DNA of 62,781 nt, filler included, from Sluysia triapertura (GCA_046118255.1; 5 parts of 5 records of this genome joined end to end with filler, not necessarily neighbours in it); one strand, 5' to 3'; counted from the whole stretch's first letter, positions 12,561-26,600 are shown. The notes: generated by a model not told the origin, from the letters alone. Made by a program: numbers and translations.

Positions 12561-13611
12561 ATTTCTTATTACTTTAATTATTGATATTCAGAGTAGGATT
12601 TTACGTTTCGCGTTGCAATATAATTTTGCTAATTTTGCATTTTTTTGTATTAAGAATATTTAACTTGAATTATTAATTCATACAAATATAACCAATTGAA
12701 TGAGTTTATAATTAGACTCTATAACTCGTTTCTATTGGTGGAGATGGGAGTGCAAATCGTTCTAGTTAGCTTAAGTGAAAGTCACGTACTTCTATTCTTA
12801 GAAATAAGTCAAGCACTTAGCACAATAAAGTTTTGATTTCTTTTGGTATTAACCTCGTAAATTAGTATTATGTAGGAATTTTCCCTTTTCTAAAAGTACA
12901 GTATATATAAAGTCTTGATTTATTTTTTAGATATCACTCTAAAGTAACAAAATTATTAAATTATTTTTTAGGATGCGCCATATAGTCCGGAAAATACGGT
13001 AATGCAATTTTCAATTTCATCCTGTAATAGTTTTTCTCATTAATTCCTTCCTACAACTGAGTGCTATTGTGGAGCCAATTTCACATAAATGATTTTAATG
13101 TATGATTTTATCGTAATATGATGATCAATTAATTAATTTTCTATAATATTAGTTTTGCCATATAATTTTTAAACTTAATGGTTCCTTTTTTTCGTTGGTA
13201 CGGTGCTTCAACTTATTAATTAAGTGTAGCGAGTTCCGTATTTTTTATTTTCTGTTTTTGTTTTATTTTCTTTTTTTATTGATTTCAGAACTTTTAAGTT
13301 GCTGTTAAGATGTATTTTATTGTATTTAAACTTTCATTTTAAAATTATTATTTGCTGTAAAATTAATTTTATTCTTTAATTTTATGATCGTTTATTCAAC
13401 TTTTGGTAATAATTTAAAATAAAAACAGAAATTAAAATTAATTATTAAATCATTATTAAAATTCTACATTTATATAAAAATTTATAGTAAGATTAATTAA
13501 CTTGGATATGGACAATTTTACACAATTTATTTATTAATATTTAAAAGTAATTTAAGAATGTCAAATTTTATTTAAAATGTCTAATTGTATTTATTGCTTT
13601 ATATTTTCAAG

Positions 13612-14054
13612 GGCTCGATATGTTAAATGATGTGAAGAATATCATGAAAGATAGTGAAGGTAATGATATTCGTCTAAAACCACCTACTGGAATTTCTGAA
13701 ATACATTGTGTCCATGGACGTGGTCTTAATACCGCAAAACAATTATTGTGGAAAGACTTTTCTCAATTTCCTGATGGTGCTCAGCCAGACATTATATATG
13801 GTGATGGTGATGGTACAGTTAATGCAGAAAGTTTAAGCCTTTGTAAGAATTGGCCTGGAATTAAATATAAAACTTTAGATAATGCTGAACACATGAGTAT
13901 TGTTGATGATATAAATTTTTATAAATTAATGGAACAAGTATTATCTATTAAAAAATCAAATTCATCCAAATGGTTTTATAGAAGTAGACTAATTCGTAAA
14001 AATTCCAAAGTGAAATTTATACCGACTTTTTATGGATTATTTTATAAAGTTTAA
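13612..14054 (+). CDS. PLA2G15: Terminal exon of an LCAT / lysosomal phospholipase A2 (group XV) family acyltransferase
   Basis: TTTTCAAG acceptor at 13611. PPTGISEIHCVHGRGLNT, FPDGAQPDIIYGDGDGTVNAESLSLC and AEHMSIV match the LCAT/LPLA2 C-terminus including the catalytic Asp and His. Upstream exons were not found in the window, and LCAT versus PLA2G15 orthology is not resolved. Confidence 0.8.
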
Positions 14055-15799
14055 TACGTTTATTTAATTTAAATCAATACTCTATTTTAAGATTTTACAT
14101 GATATACAATGGATTTCATGATTTTTAAATTATTTATTTATAAATTAAAAAATATATTGTTTTAATATTGTTCAGTTTATGAAAAACTATTATAAACATA
14201 CTCTTTATCAATTTTATCGAATAATTATCAAATAATTTTGGTTAAAAAACACTATTTTTTATTAAAAACTATTTTTTATGATTAAATAAGCAGAAATCGA
14301 TTATCATTCAAATAACTGTGAAAACATAAATAGAATTGCCATGTGGTAGATATCAAAAGTATCTTAGATTGAGATATTGGGACTTGAATACTAAATTTGG
14401 TCCTGGTAAATTATTTCCAATTTTTGTGGCACATATCCCATTTGTAATAAATATAATTATAACATACGAAATCGCTACAATGAATTAAACGCTAGCGAAT
14501 GAAACATGGTGCGTGTAAATGTGTTCTCGTATTAGTATTCAAAAACTAATTATATTTTCGAAAAACTAAAGTTAAAATATATGGAATTTTGTACAAGTAA
14601 CATCTTAAAAACTTATGAATTAGATACAACAATGTAAAAGTAATAAAATATTTGAAATTAAAATGCTTAAATTAATTACAATATTAAATGATTGAATTAA
14701 TGAAATATAATAATAAAATATTTAAATTAAATAAATAAAAATCAATGTTGTAGAAGAAATTACAAATGTTTGATTTACAGTTAATTCAAAATTTTAAAAG
14801 CGATTATTGAAAATAATTTGGGTTTTGGTAATAGTTACTATGGATGCATTCCAAAATCATATTTAAAGAATAAATTATATAGTTAGCAACTATATCAGTG
14901 TATGAGGTTATCATTTGGAATCATCACCCAAAACAATAATGAAACAAAGTATAATAATTTAATTAATAATCATTAATAAAGAATATCTTATGAAAGGTAT
15001 ATTTGTATATAGTTGTATAAAAGTATTTTTGTAAATCTAGGGAAATAATTATAAATGTTTTTATATATGGAATTAATTAATTGTAAATAGTCTATATTTT
15101 AGTTAGAATAAGGTACTTGTGTAAATAATTTATAATATATTAATTAGAAAATAAATTATTTAATTAATCATTTTTATAAACTAATTCTGAAAAATAAATA
15201 TTTAGACATTTTATCATAAAAATCATGTTAATGAGTTCAAATAAATTGTCATGCAGTGATTAATTTTTTTGTTGGGGGCGAGTTTTGTGGGCAAATCAAT
15301 TTTGGTTTTGTAAACAATATCGTTTTTGAGAGATTTGCCATTTAAATATGAACGATGGCAAAACTGTTATCAGATAAACAGATATCATTAGTCATTTTTC
15401 TTATGACAGACAAGATTTGGGAAAATATTGGTATATTACTGATCATTAATTTATCTTATTTGTTCATAAAAATTCTATCTATAAACAAATAAAATAATTA
15501 ATTTTTATATCTTAATTTCTCTAATTGTTTCATCCGATAAGATTTGGTCTAATCGATTGAATATTGAATACAGTTTTCTTAGACATTTAATTTGTGGTTC
15601 ATTTCGACATCTACGGACATTTTAATATCAAATTGCAGATTTCTGAATGTTACTCAATCAATTTCTTTTGATAATATTAAATTAACTGTTACATAAATAA
15701 ACCTTAAGATTAGTAGTACAAGTTTTTGACAAATTTTTGATATAAGCAAATTTTATTATTTATAAAACAAATTCGACTGAGATATATCATTTGAGTACC

Positions 15800-16500
15800 A
15801 TCTTACGCATGTCTTCACGAGTAGAATATTTTACGCATAGTACTTTACTTTTGAGAAATCTTGGAGTAACGTCTTCTACGAATTTAAATCGTTAACTCCA
15901 ATCAAACCCGTTGATTAAAGTCTATATTTTCTAAGGTATACGTTTTTTAATAGATATAAAATACTAGCAAACTTGTCATTATTACCGTGATAAGCAAAGT
16001 GCGCTATAGTCGAATTAGTTTTTATCCTTTACAACAACTCGGAACAATTTGAGATTCAACTATGTCCATAACTCTAAATTTAAGAGATCTAGTACTTTCT
16101 GCAGCGTAATTTTATAAAACAACATTTAATTTAGTAAGAGATTCTTCAGTTTCAGTTTAAATAGCATTTTCTACAAGTTTAATATGACCTTGCTTAGTCA
16201 CTCCATGATAATTCAGAATTTAGGATTTGACTTTAGATCTAAGATAACTTCTACCAAGTAATAATCATTATCTGTCAATATGGCATTTTATTTAGTTTAC
16301 TACGCCTAGTCCTGATCTATTGACACATAGTCCGCAACTCTATTTCCGTCTGTTAATCTAGATACAAACGCACAAAGCAAAAAAACCCATCAGATTGTTT
16401 ATGCAAAACGAAATCATATTTAAACGACATTCCATCTAATGCTTTTAATTTAACTTCGCTTTTGGAAGCAACCGTTTTAAAATTTTATTGACTTTTAAAA
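15800..16500 (-). pseudogene. Decayed ORF divergent from the CCAAT inverted repeat
   Basis: Minus-strand coding-like runs (FKTVASKSEVKLKALDGMSFKYDFVLHKQSDG; NYAAESTRSLKFRVMDIVESQIVPSCC) broken by stops and frameshifts. Boundaries are approximate. Confidence 0.35.
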
Positions 16501-16562
16501 TTTACATGCCGGAAATCATCAGTGATTATCGTTTTTGCAGCTAAAATAGTGAAAGCTGCTCA

Positions 16563-16618
16563 TCATCCAATCAGAACCTATTTTACTCATTTACATTTTT
16601 AAAGCTGTGATTGGATGA
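16563..16618. promoter_or_regulatory. Inverted CCAAT-box pair TCATCCAATCA-N34-TGATTGGATGA
   Basis: 11-bp perfect inverted repeat, homologous to 10338-10395, about 160 bp upstream of ORF 16776. Confidence 0.55.
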
Positions 16619-16775
16619 CAAAGAGAAATACTGCACTAAATTTATACAATTTGTGACTTTCAAATATATGTTAATCAGTCGATAATTCCAGACATCACAT
16701 TTTGTACTTGACCGATTATAACTGCAATTAAAATTAATAACTCGTCAAATTCAGAAAGTAATTTCAATCAAGCTG

Positions 16776-17836
16776 ATGTTAACTCTTATGAAGTATCAAC
16801 ACAGGCAACTAACATATGATTATAACTGTCCTTACGAAGTCATAGATTATCATAAGTCAACCGATAATGAAATATTTATGAGAGATATAAATATTTCTGT
16901 ACGATGTCTAGATAAATTATGTATTTCTAGACAAGCTAATAAGATGGTTATGATTCAAGTCAATAATGCATTTATTCAGATCAAACGAGATATTGAATAT
17001 GTGAAAAGCTTAAGACGCAATAGTTACAATGTAGAGTTGAACGCCGAGTTTTTAAAAGATACGCGAAGAAATTTCCAGGATTTTTCATTATGTGTAATTA
17101 AAGATTTGTATATTGAAACTAATCGTAGTCATGTTTTAACAATAAAATCAGTCGCGGTTGATCTCGATAAGCCTTATCCTCCGGAAATCGATGTGAAGTA
17201 TTTTAAAACGTTTAATATTACCAATTTCGATGCTCTTATAGCGATGGTCGAAATTTTTATGAATCTTTATTATTGTAATAAACGTAATTATCATTGTACA
17301 TTACGAACCTTGTTTAAAACAAGTAATTTGAAAAATTTGATCAATTTGAACCAACTGATGGGATGATACAAGAGCTTAGTCAGATGATGAAATTAATTCG
17401 AAGATTTAGTCAGATAATGAGATCGATTCAAAGTTTTAGTTAGATGATGAAATACAACTCAACTTTATGTTTCCATATTATGTATCAGGTCAACATTATT
17501 ACGAATGCAAAATTTACCAACCGAGATCATGATTTAGAACGTTATTACAGAACATATCTAAAAGTGGGATCTGTCTCAAGTAGATTCGAGCGTCATACCA
17601 TTACAATTGTGAACAACTCTACAACGATGAAGTTTTTCCAGAATAAACAGACGATAAAGTTTTACTTTTTTTACACTGAGAATCATCTTTATTTTATTTT
17701 GTTTTTAGAACGCGATTTTTATGTGGATCCTGATGACAGACCGAAGTATGCAGCATTACAGACATTAATCATAAACAATAATTTAAAATTTAAATGTTGC
17801 GGTTTAATAAATTGTAGTCTTCATTTATTTAAGTAG
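16776..17836 (+). CDS. Unknown cargo protein family A, copy 2 (ORF 16776-17366 plus ORF 17444-17836, probably one disrupted frame)
   Basis: Paralog of the 10575 ORF. The two ORFs are joined by three ~30-bp repeats (TTAGTCAGATGATGAAAT..., ~17376-17455), in which a CAG>TAG change stops the second frame. Confidence 0.5.
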
Positions 17837-20800
17837 TAATAACCTTTATTATTTATACTTGTTATAAATTGTTATAAACATAATTATAAAAAGACATGTC
17901 CATAATAATGAATTTTTCGAATTTCGATATAATAACTCAAATAAGAAAAATGAAATCATACCACTCGGACATTGTAATAGTAATAAAATTTATAGATATT
18001 CGTTCTCAATTAAATATGATAAAGTTTTATATCACTACTTTACAATAAAAATCACAAAACACCAAAATAAAAATCATGATATTTTTATTATTACCGCACT
18101 TAAGTCTTCATGCCGTATTACAATGTTTGTGTTTCGGTACAGGTGGATATTAATGAGTGTAAAGATATAAATAATTGTCGTACATCTCAATGTCACACAT
18201 AAATAAACGTTGTGCACAAAAAATCCGAGCACATAAAGATAGTTTACTATTGGTTCGTATTGATATTTATTGCATCAGCTATGTTTTCAAAATGGATTTG
18301 TATGTCAATTTATGATCTTAAATTTTTACCATTTATTCAAGTGATTTTACTGCAGTTTTCTTGTGTAACACTCATTTATTAATATCTACTTTTGTATTAT
18401 TATATGGCTTTATTTTATTTAATTGCCGTTTAATGTGGTTAATAGGTAATTTGCATGATGAAAAGTTAAATTTCAATTTACAATATTCGACTAATGAATC
18501 AACAAATTTTTATATTGGAAATTTCTCAAACTATACTAATGCAAAAGATTTATTGTTAGTAACACGAATCATTCAACTTCACAAGCTCTTGAAGAAGCTA
18601 ACATAACTTAAGACTGCTGAATATTTATGGTGATGTAATTAAGCGACAAAATTATTCAAGTACTTTAGATAATCAAGTTGATATGTCAAATACATTTTAA
18701 ATTGATTCGGTCTCAAAGCATGTACGTGTAATTATGATAAAATTTTTGTGATAAAATTCAACATTTTTCAAAGTTACTATGAAACTATGTTGGAAAATAA
18801 CCACATTCTCCAAAAATTCTGGTGAAAGTAAAATAATAGATAAAAATTCTGAGGCCCATGTAGAATGATAACACAATTTACTATTACTACTATTGCAATT
18901 ACTACACTACTACCACCGATACTGCTATTGTTGCCAGTTCTCTATAGTATCTGAAAATATAAAAATTAAATAAATACGAAAAAATTAATAATAATTAATT
19001 GGCAAGGAAAAAGTCATTAAAAATAATCAATATTTAAAAATTACGTTAAAATGATTATGTTAATTATTCAACAAAATTGCAAAGCTGAATACAAAAAAAT
19101 TCTTACCAGTGGAACTATTACCAAGTGGTCTAATTTTCGAATTAATAGCTATGTACCAGAAAATCAATGACTGTTTAAAAATATTGTTCAAATGTTTTTT
19201 CTAATTTATGCTTATTATCCATGAAAATAAGAGCCTTTTAAAAGATTGTGTTAGTTTTTTCTTTACTTTTAAACGTAACAAGTATGCTTTTAAAACGGGT
19301 TCTTCTGTGGTATAGGGTTTATAACGTAAAGTAGACGTATCCACAGAAAATTTCTACGAAAGAAGTTTCCTTACTATTGAAAATGCTAATAAAAATTGCT
19401 TAGTGACTGGGTCTTTGAAAATGTATTAATGTATTTATTTTTTCTCTTTCTAAATATATAGTCAAAGTGCAACTCTTAAATTATAACTATTCCTAAATGA
19501 CTTAAGACTTTTTCTTGCAAATCGTGCATACAAACTTTTAATTTATTCTATCTTATTACGTAAAACAATAACGAATTAACAATGAATTAATTTATGAAAT
19601 AACTAAGATTTTTTCACAAGAAAAATAAAACAAATATAATAATAATAAATTGAACAAAATAAACAATTTCTTTTTTTAGTTACAAATTTGATCAAGATTT
19701 TAACACAGGCCTAATACTTGGGTTTTAAATAATAAATGATTTGAAGTATAGATTTTAAAGCTGAATTTATTAGAGCTCTCTTACAAAACGTTATCTTACT
19801 GAATTTTTGATTGTAAAACAGTTACCAAATAATGGATGTAATATTTCTAAAGTTCAACCCAAATAATCAGTGTAATCTCGTTTCCAAAGCTCAAGACTTG
19901 ATAAAAATTGTATTCCAAAAATCTCCGAATTATAATTAATGCCTCCAAAAACTTATCTATCTTCATAATAATAAAATTTTCCGAGTTGATGCTGCAACGA
20001 TATAGTTGTCTTAAAAATTCACTTTTTAAATATTTATAAAAATTCTTTGTCATATTATTTCGTCTTTTAAAACGTAACTTCTTGTATTTATATGGTTGTC
20101 CTTTATGATTGACTACTTCCTTTGTTACCATTAAAATTCAATAATAATATTTTTACTAGTTTTTTATGCTATCAAAATTTCTTGTACTAGATAATAATAA
20201 ATTTTCGTTTTTTAGTTTTTATTTAAAATATAAATAAGAATACAATTTACAATTTTTTAGAAAAGTAAAATATATTAATAGAAATTATTTACAAATTTTA
20301 AATTTATTTAATATTTATCAGCACTAATAATTGTTTTTAATATTTACATTTATCAAAAATGATACTTAATTTAAAATAAAATATAAAAATAATATTGTAA
20401 TATAATATTAATAGAAATACAATTTCTAAAATTTTATTATTTACTAGCACTAATATTTACAATACTGTATTTACAATTGCCAACATTTTTATAAGTGCTT
20501 CTTCATCAATGCCAATAATTCATCAATTACGCCATACGAAACGGTGTTTTTAAATGAAAATAAAAGCAAAACGGCCTATGTTAAGCATCCGTCAATTATG
20601 ATATGCAAATTGCAGTTCATTGATAAGAATGAAAATGAATTAGAGTATATTAACAATTTCAATGTTTATCATTTTGTTGTTTTTACACTGTTTAATTCTT
20701 TTAATATAAAAAGGTTTAACTTGTATATTGTTAAAATTTTTAATGTTGAATTATTTAGGGATTTCATTTATTGTTGTAACATAATTTGTTATAAAACTAT

Positions 20801-22050
20801 AATAAAAAATAAAATTTTTTAGAGGATTAATAAAATTGAAGAATTCAATAAATTTTAAGAATTTTAGTAAAGAAAATTTTACTACGCCTCGCCAAAAATG
20901 CATTATTATTACACATTAATTTTTAGAGATGCGTCTTTTTCCTTATATAAAGGTAAGTAATCTGTCTGCTACAAAACATAGTCATTATCTCTTTGGTTTT
21001 AATAATGCGCTGAAACATTATAGCAAACAAAATTCAATTCTGGCTCAACTACAATTTAGACAGCCTGATGCAATTGAACGATAAATGTTACAATATGTAT
21101 TTGGCTTCAAGTTTTGTAAAGAGCGGTCACGATCCAATTACCAGTTTTACCTAAAAATGAAGAAAGTTTCATAAAATTTACTGATATTTCGATGGTCAAA
21201 GGTTTACGTTTTATATTATTATACATTTATTATAATAATATACATTTATTATAAACTGGTATTATCAAATTTTTATACATAATACTTTACATGCATACGT
21301 TTTAGGATAAATACATTTAATTAATTTTTAAATATAAGCGCCTTTAATTTTACTGAAGATAAATATTTCAAACTGATGTCAAAAATATGAGAATATCTTC
21401 GCGAGAAGAGAGATGAAGTAATCTATTCATTATTAAATTGATATTGAAATAGATCTTCTAGGAGTGTCAAAATCAATTTTTGTTTGGGCTAAGATTATAA
21501 ATGATATTTTATATTTTAAAGTAAATTAATCTTAAAACGAAACATTATATAATATGTAAGAAAATGATAAAAGAGAAATTCATTTATTCTGTACATCCAT
21601 AAGTTAATAAAAATTTAAATATTGAAGTTATCGAAACTGATTTTAATTTATATCAAGGAAGTTTTCATAATTCCAACATCTTTATCAAAAGTACTACAAA
21701 GCTTTTAAAACGTTTATGTAAATCGAACAAAACTTTTTCCAATCACAAAAAACCCAATCATTAATACTTCACAATCTTATCGATACCTACCGCAACGTTG
21801 CTATCTCTGATTCAAAAAAATAAGAAATACTTTTTTCGATGTCATTTAGTTTCTTACAAAATTATCAACCGGTCGCCGAATATCTTTTAAACTAATTTAA
21901 TGAAATTAAAAGATTTTCTAAACTCTTAGAATCACAAAATTTGAGTTCAACATTATAAGATTATCACAAAGTTATTAATTTTTTGACAATATAAAATTCA
22001 GGTAAATTCTCTGTCTTTTCAAAACTCAATATATTAACATTAACTTAAAA

Positions 22051-22075
22051 TTATTATTATTATTATTACTATTAC

Positions 22076-22124
<49 letters not shown>
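22051..22124. repeat. (TTA)n microsatellite running into the gap
   Basis: Read directly. Confidence 0.95.
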
Positions 22125-22224
22125 NNNNNNNNNNNNNNNNNNNNNNNNNNNNNNNNNNNNNNNNNNNNTTAATTAATTAANNNNNNNNNNNNNNNNNNNN
22201 NNNNNNNNNNNNNNNNNNNNNNNN
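22125..22224. other. Artificial contig spacer
   Basis: N44-TTAATTAATTAA-N44. Confidence 0.98.
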
Positions 22225-25200
22225 ATATTTAATATTTAATATTATACAATATTATTTTTATACTATATTTTATACAATATTATTTAACATTTTATTTTAT
22301 TATTTAACATTAGTTCTTTCAATTTCTATCGTGATCTACCTGGCAAATGCATTGCGTATTTTTTTACCATAGAATCTCTATATTATAACACCATGAACAC
22401 ATTTTGCTTATATATGTACTTCCTGCAATGAATTAATTGTTGATATGCTTAGCAAACACCATTTAACTATTAACTGACGTATTAAATAAAACCTTATGGG
22501 AACATTTGGATTCTGTTAATTAAAGAAGGAAATATAAAGAAGTGGTCAAACTCATTACATGTTATTTTATTATAAAATCAACTCATAACACAATTAACAA
22601 AAATTCTAAATCTCATAAACCTTAAATTTTTTGCAGTATTTCTTATATCATATATCGTAAAACCTTCACAATCAAACAAGTTGCAACGTTATTTAATCAA
22701 ACATTTTAAATTTTAAATCTTTTAACAGTACTAAATCATTGTACTAATTGCTTAGGCATAGGATAGAAAAGGTCACTAGCATTAATACTTCCAAACGCTA
22801 GTATCCATTTACTCTTTGTATTAGACCATAACCTTACGTTTATTGAAGTTTGGATTTTACGTTACAATGAAATTTACGACACTATTGGATTTTTGCCAGA
22901 AAATAGGATATGCGACTTACAGGTACCTATTTTAAACAAACCAGATATTATCGCTACTTCGATACCAGTTACTGTTACTGATTTAAGTACTAGACATACC
23001 ACATATAATACTACAACTATAAGTCATCCTATCAAACTTACAAGAATTTAAGTCTACATAATAAAAATCATTTACAAGTAAATATAACAAATATTACAAA
23101 TAACAAATAAATTTCTATTACATCTTATTTAGTTACTATATTCAAACTTCATTTCTTTCCAATACGTCCACAATACCTGTTATACTTTAAGTTCGTTAGT
23201 TTTATTTGTTTATTAGGCTTAGAAGTCATTTTTTCATTAAGACATAAAATATGAGCGATATCTCCTATTTGCTGACCATGTGTGAGGTCTGTTAACTGTC
23301 CATTTTCGATCGTGAAGTGTAATGTCAAAACTCATATTTTATTAATTTATTAATGTTTATTATGTCTTTATTTTAAGTTTTACGTTTAATTTATTCTAAT
23401 ACTTACTTTTAATTTATTTTAAATCTCACTACAATAAACTTTATTTGTATTTATATTAGTGCAATTATTAACTTATTATATATTTTTCTTTTTAGTCCAC
23501 CATCATCTTCACTTCGTTTCACCTTATGTTCGATATGCAGAAGGCCACTTCACTGATACTATGCATAGATTTAATTTTCGATATCTTTATTTCCTGTTCG
23601 ATATTGTCTTGACTCCTTTTCCTTCTTGCCCTATGTGTCGTGTTACAATTAAAGAATGCAAAATTTATTTCAGAAAAGTTTTTCTGATCTTACGAATTCA
23701 CCTACTACTGTAGCACGTCATAGACTTCATGATATTCTACTGTTGATATTTTCCAGTCTCCAACTACTTCAAAAGTTCCTGTTTTGTATAATGGATTTCA
23801 GTTGCCTAAGCCTGACTATCCACCAGGTTTAACAAAGTCTCAAGAAAGAAACTACAAAAGAGGCTAACTAAAACGTTTTGTAAGTTAAATGCGAAATTGT
23901 GCACTAAACCCTTATTGTAAAAGAAATAAGTACTTCCTAAATATTATTATTTATTGTAGTGTATTTAACGCATTACGAGAAACTATTTTAATTTATTTTT
24001 TATTTCATTTTATTTGCCTTGTAATGTAATTTAGTATGTTCCATCAACAGTCTGCCATTAATAACAGCCGCAGGCCAGGATTATTCAACGTCTTAAGCCC
24101 TTTTATCTTTCGTCAGAGAAACACTATGATGAGAAGGCGATCCCTGCTTTCTTTCCTGATTCCTTGTCCACAGATTGTAAATTGAAAAGTGAGTTGACAT
24201 ATAACTTTGCCGCTCACATCTTTGTCTTATCGTCTGACAGCCCACATGTTTCACTTCAAGGCCTGTCCAATGCACCCGAGGACTTTGACTTGTTATATAT
24301 CCCCTTATCTCGGGAACGGTTAGAATGACTCTAATTGTGAATAACTTTCCTTTGCTGCTTCATGTTGAAGTTCCTCTACTTTACATTTTTCTAATCTATG
24401 TAAAAGCTGTAAAATTCTGGTTTAGGAAATGGAGTAACCCACTTCAATCGCGCTCCTCTTTGTGTTCCCTTCCGTCTTGCCAAATTTCTTTGATGGTAAT
24501 TCCCCAAATCTGGGCTGATGGAGCAGTGGGACTTCGTATACCCATGTTCCACCTCTTTCTGCATATGACGAGAATCGACTCAATATGCCCTTGATTTTCT
24601 CAACAAACCCCACATTACCGGCCTTGCCTGTACACAGGCTAGAACAAGGTCTCAATTTCGCATTCACAACTTCATTCGCGACATACAACTAATCACAGAT
24701 GCTTCCTACGGCATCATAAAACTGCTATATAAGCAGTTACATTTTTGCACAGAATTAGAAATAAAAATCGACAGAAATAAGCATTAAAGTGAAATATCAA
24801 AATTTTCTAGCTGAAGGACGCTGCCTTGATACATCTGTGGTTAACGGTGATATCAGGGCTTATTCTTTAGTAACTGATCAATATAAACATTTAGAGTTAG
24901 AGGACCTAGGGTTAGTTATCTATTTTGTATTAAGTGTATTTTGCATTAATATCGGGTGCGAGGATTTAAGTTGTGTCACCCCTGGCCTTTTAATTTGTTT
25001 TTAAAGAGTAATTTACGTGGTTATAGAGAGTAATTTGCAATTTTTATATAAAGAATAGTTTGTATTTTGTTTTAAAGAGTACTTTATATTGTCGTTGTCA
25101 TAAAGAATAATTGTTATCTTTTAAATTGTAATTTTTGATTATTCAAAGAATATATCGAGATTCTGAAGTTGTTTAATTATTGGGTTTTGATTAATAATTT

Positions 25201-25824
25201 GTGAAATAGAAAGTATAAAAGACACAACAAATCACATAATGTTGTATACACAATTATTGTGATGTATTTATATAAAATTTATGACATTATAAAGTCGGAT
25301 TAAACTTAAAAATTTTAAAACAATTTATCATTATTATTATTATTTAAAATTTATTATTATCATTAATAATTTATTCTTAGACTATTATTTGATTTATAAA
25401 TCAATGGATATGTATAAATTCATACATTAATTTTTTTAAATTTTAGATAAATTTAAATTATGATCTTTGAATTAAAAAATGATAACGTATTAAATTAATA
25501 TTGGCCACATAACAACAATAATAATGCATATAATAAATAGTAATTAATAATAATAATAGTATAATTTTGTAGTAATTAAGGTCGTAATGCCCAACAACGA
25601 TAAATAAAATAATAATTATTCGTGACGATTCATTATTCATTACAGATATTCAATATTGAAACTAATTTAAAACATCCTCTCGCATTTCCTTTCAACTTTT
25701 TCCTACATAAATTACTTCGTGAATCTCGAAAAAATTTATCATGTCATTTATTGAATGACACTGACCATCAAATAGCTTTTTATGATCCATTTCAATATTT
25801 TATAATTTAAACATGTTTTTGCAA

Positions 25825-26600
25825 TTACAGTTTCAAAATTTTCCATATTCCATGCGTTAAGCAAATTCCATTATTGTTGGTAGAAGCTGGACACAGGGCA
25901 GGTATACTAGCAATTTTATGATTATTGAACATGTAATATTTATGTTCGTTATCATTAAGTTTAAAGTCATTTCGTTTATAAACATTAAGTGAATAGAGAT
26001 TATTATTATTGGTGTTCACTCCATAAACCTTAGACTTATCTGCATTACAATTATAAAATCGCATATATTAAACTTATAATCATAAAATTCGTAAACACAT
26101 GTATTATTTTTATAAAAATCAAAAACATTCAATTTTGTAATCTTTAAGTTTATGGATATTGTCTTTGTATGTTCTTTATTGTTGTTAACTTCGTAATCAA
26201 CAATTTTTTTGTTCTTAGCTTGAGTAACATCATCTCCAACACTGTTATTTTTGTCATAATTAGGTTTGTCATTATTAGTTTCATAATTTTCGTCTTCAAC
26301 ATTGTTAACTTCGCCACCGTCATCTTCCGCATTGTTAGTTTGGAAATCGTCGACTCTACTTTCGTTAATCACGTTGTACTTATCTTCATCATTATATACT
26401 TGAACGTTTTCATAATTAAGATGATTAACTTCATTCTGATCATCTTGGAAATTATCATCTTTATTATTGTTAATCACGTTATACTTATCTTCATCATTAT
26501 ATACTTGAATGATTTGATATTTAACATCATTAACTTTATTGTGATAACATTTAGCCTTATTAACTGGGATATTATCATCTTTACTATTGTTAAATTCCAT
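25825..26600 (-). CDS. Cargo family B, copy 1: Asn/Asp-rich repeat ORF plus a frameshifted, degenerate CCCH-like ORF
   Basis: ORF 26600-26016 has a 35-aa (105-bp) duplication starting QVYNDEDKYNVIN. The overlapping ORF 26064-25825 contains PALCPASTNNNGICLTHG, homologous to PGMCPVLTDNNGICLLRG at ~59830. Confidence 0.5.
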
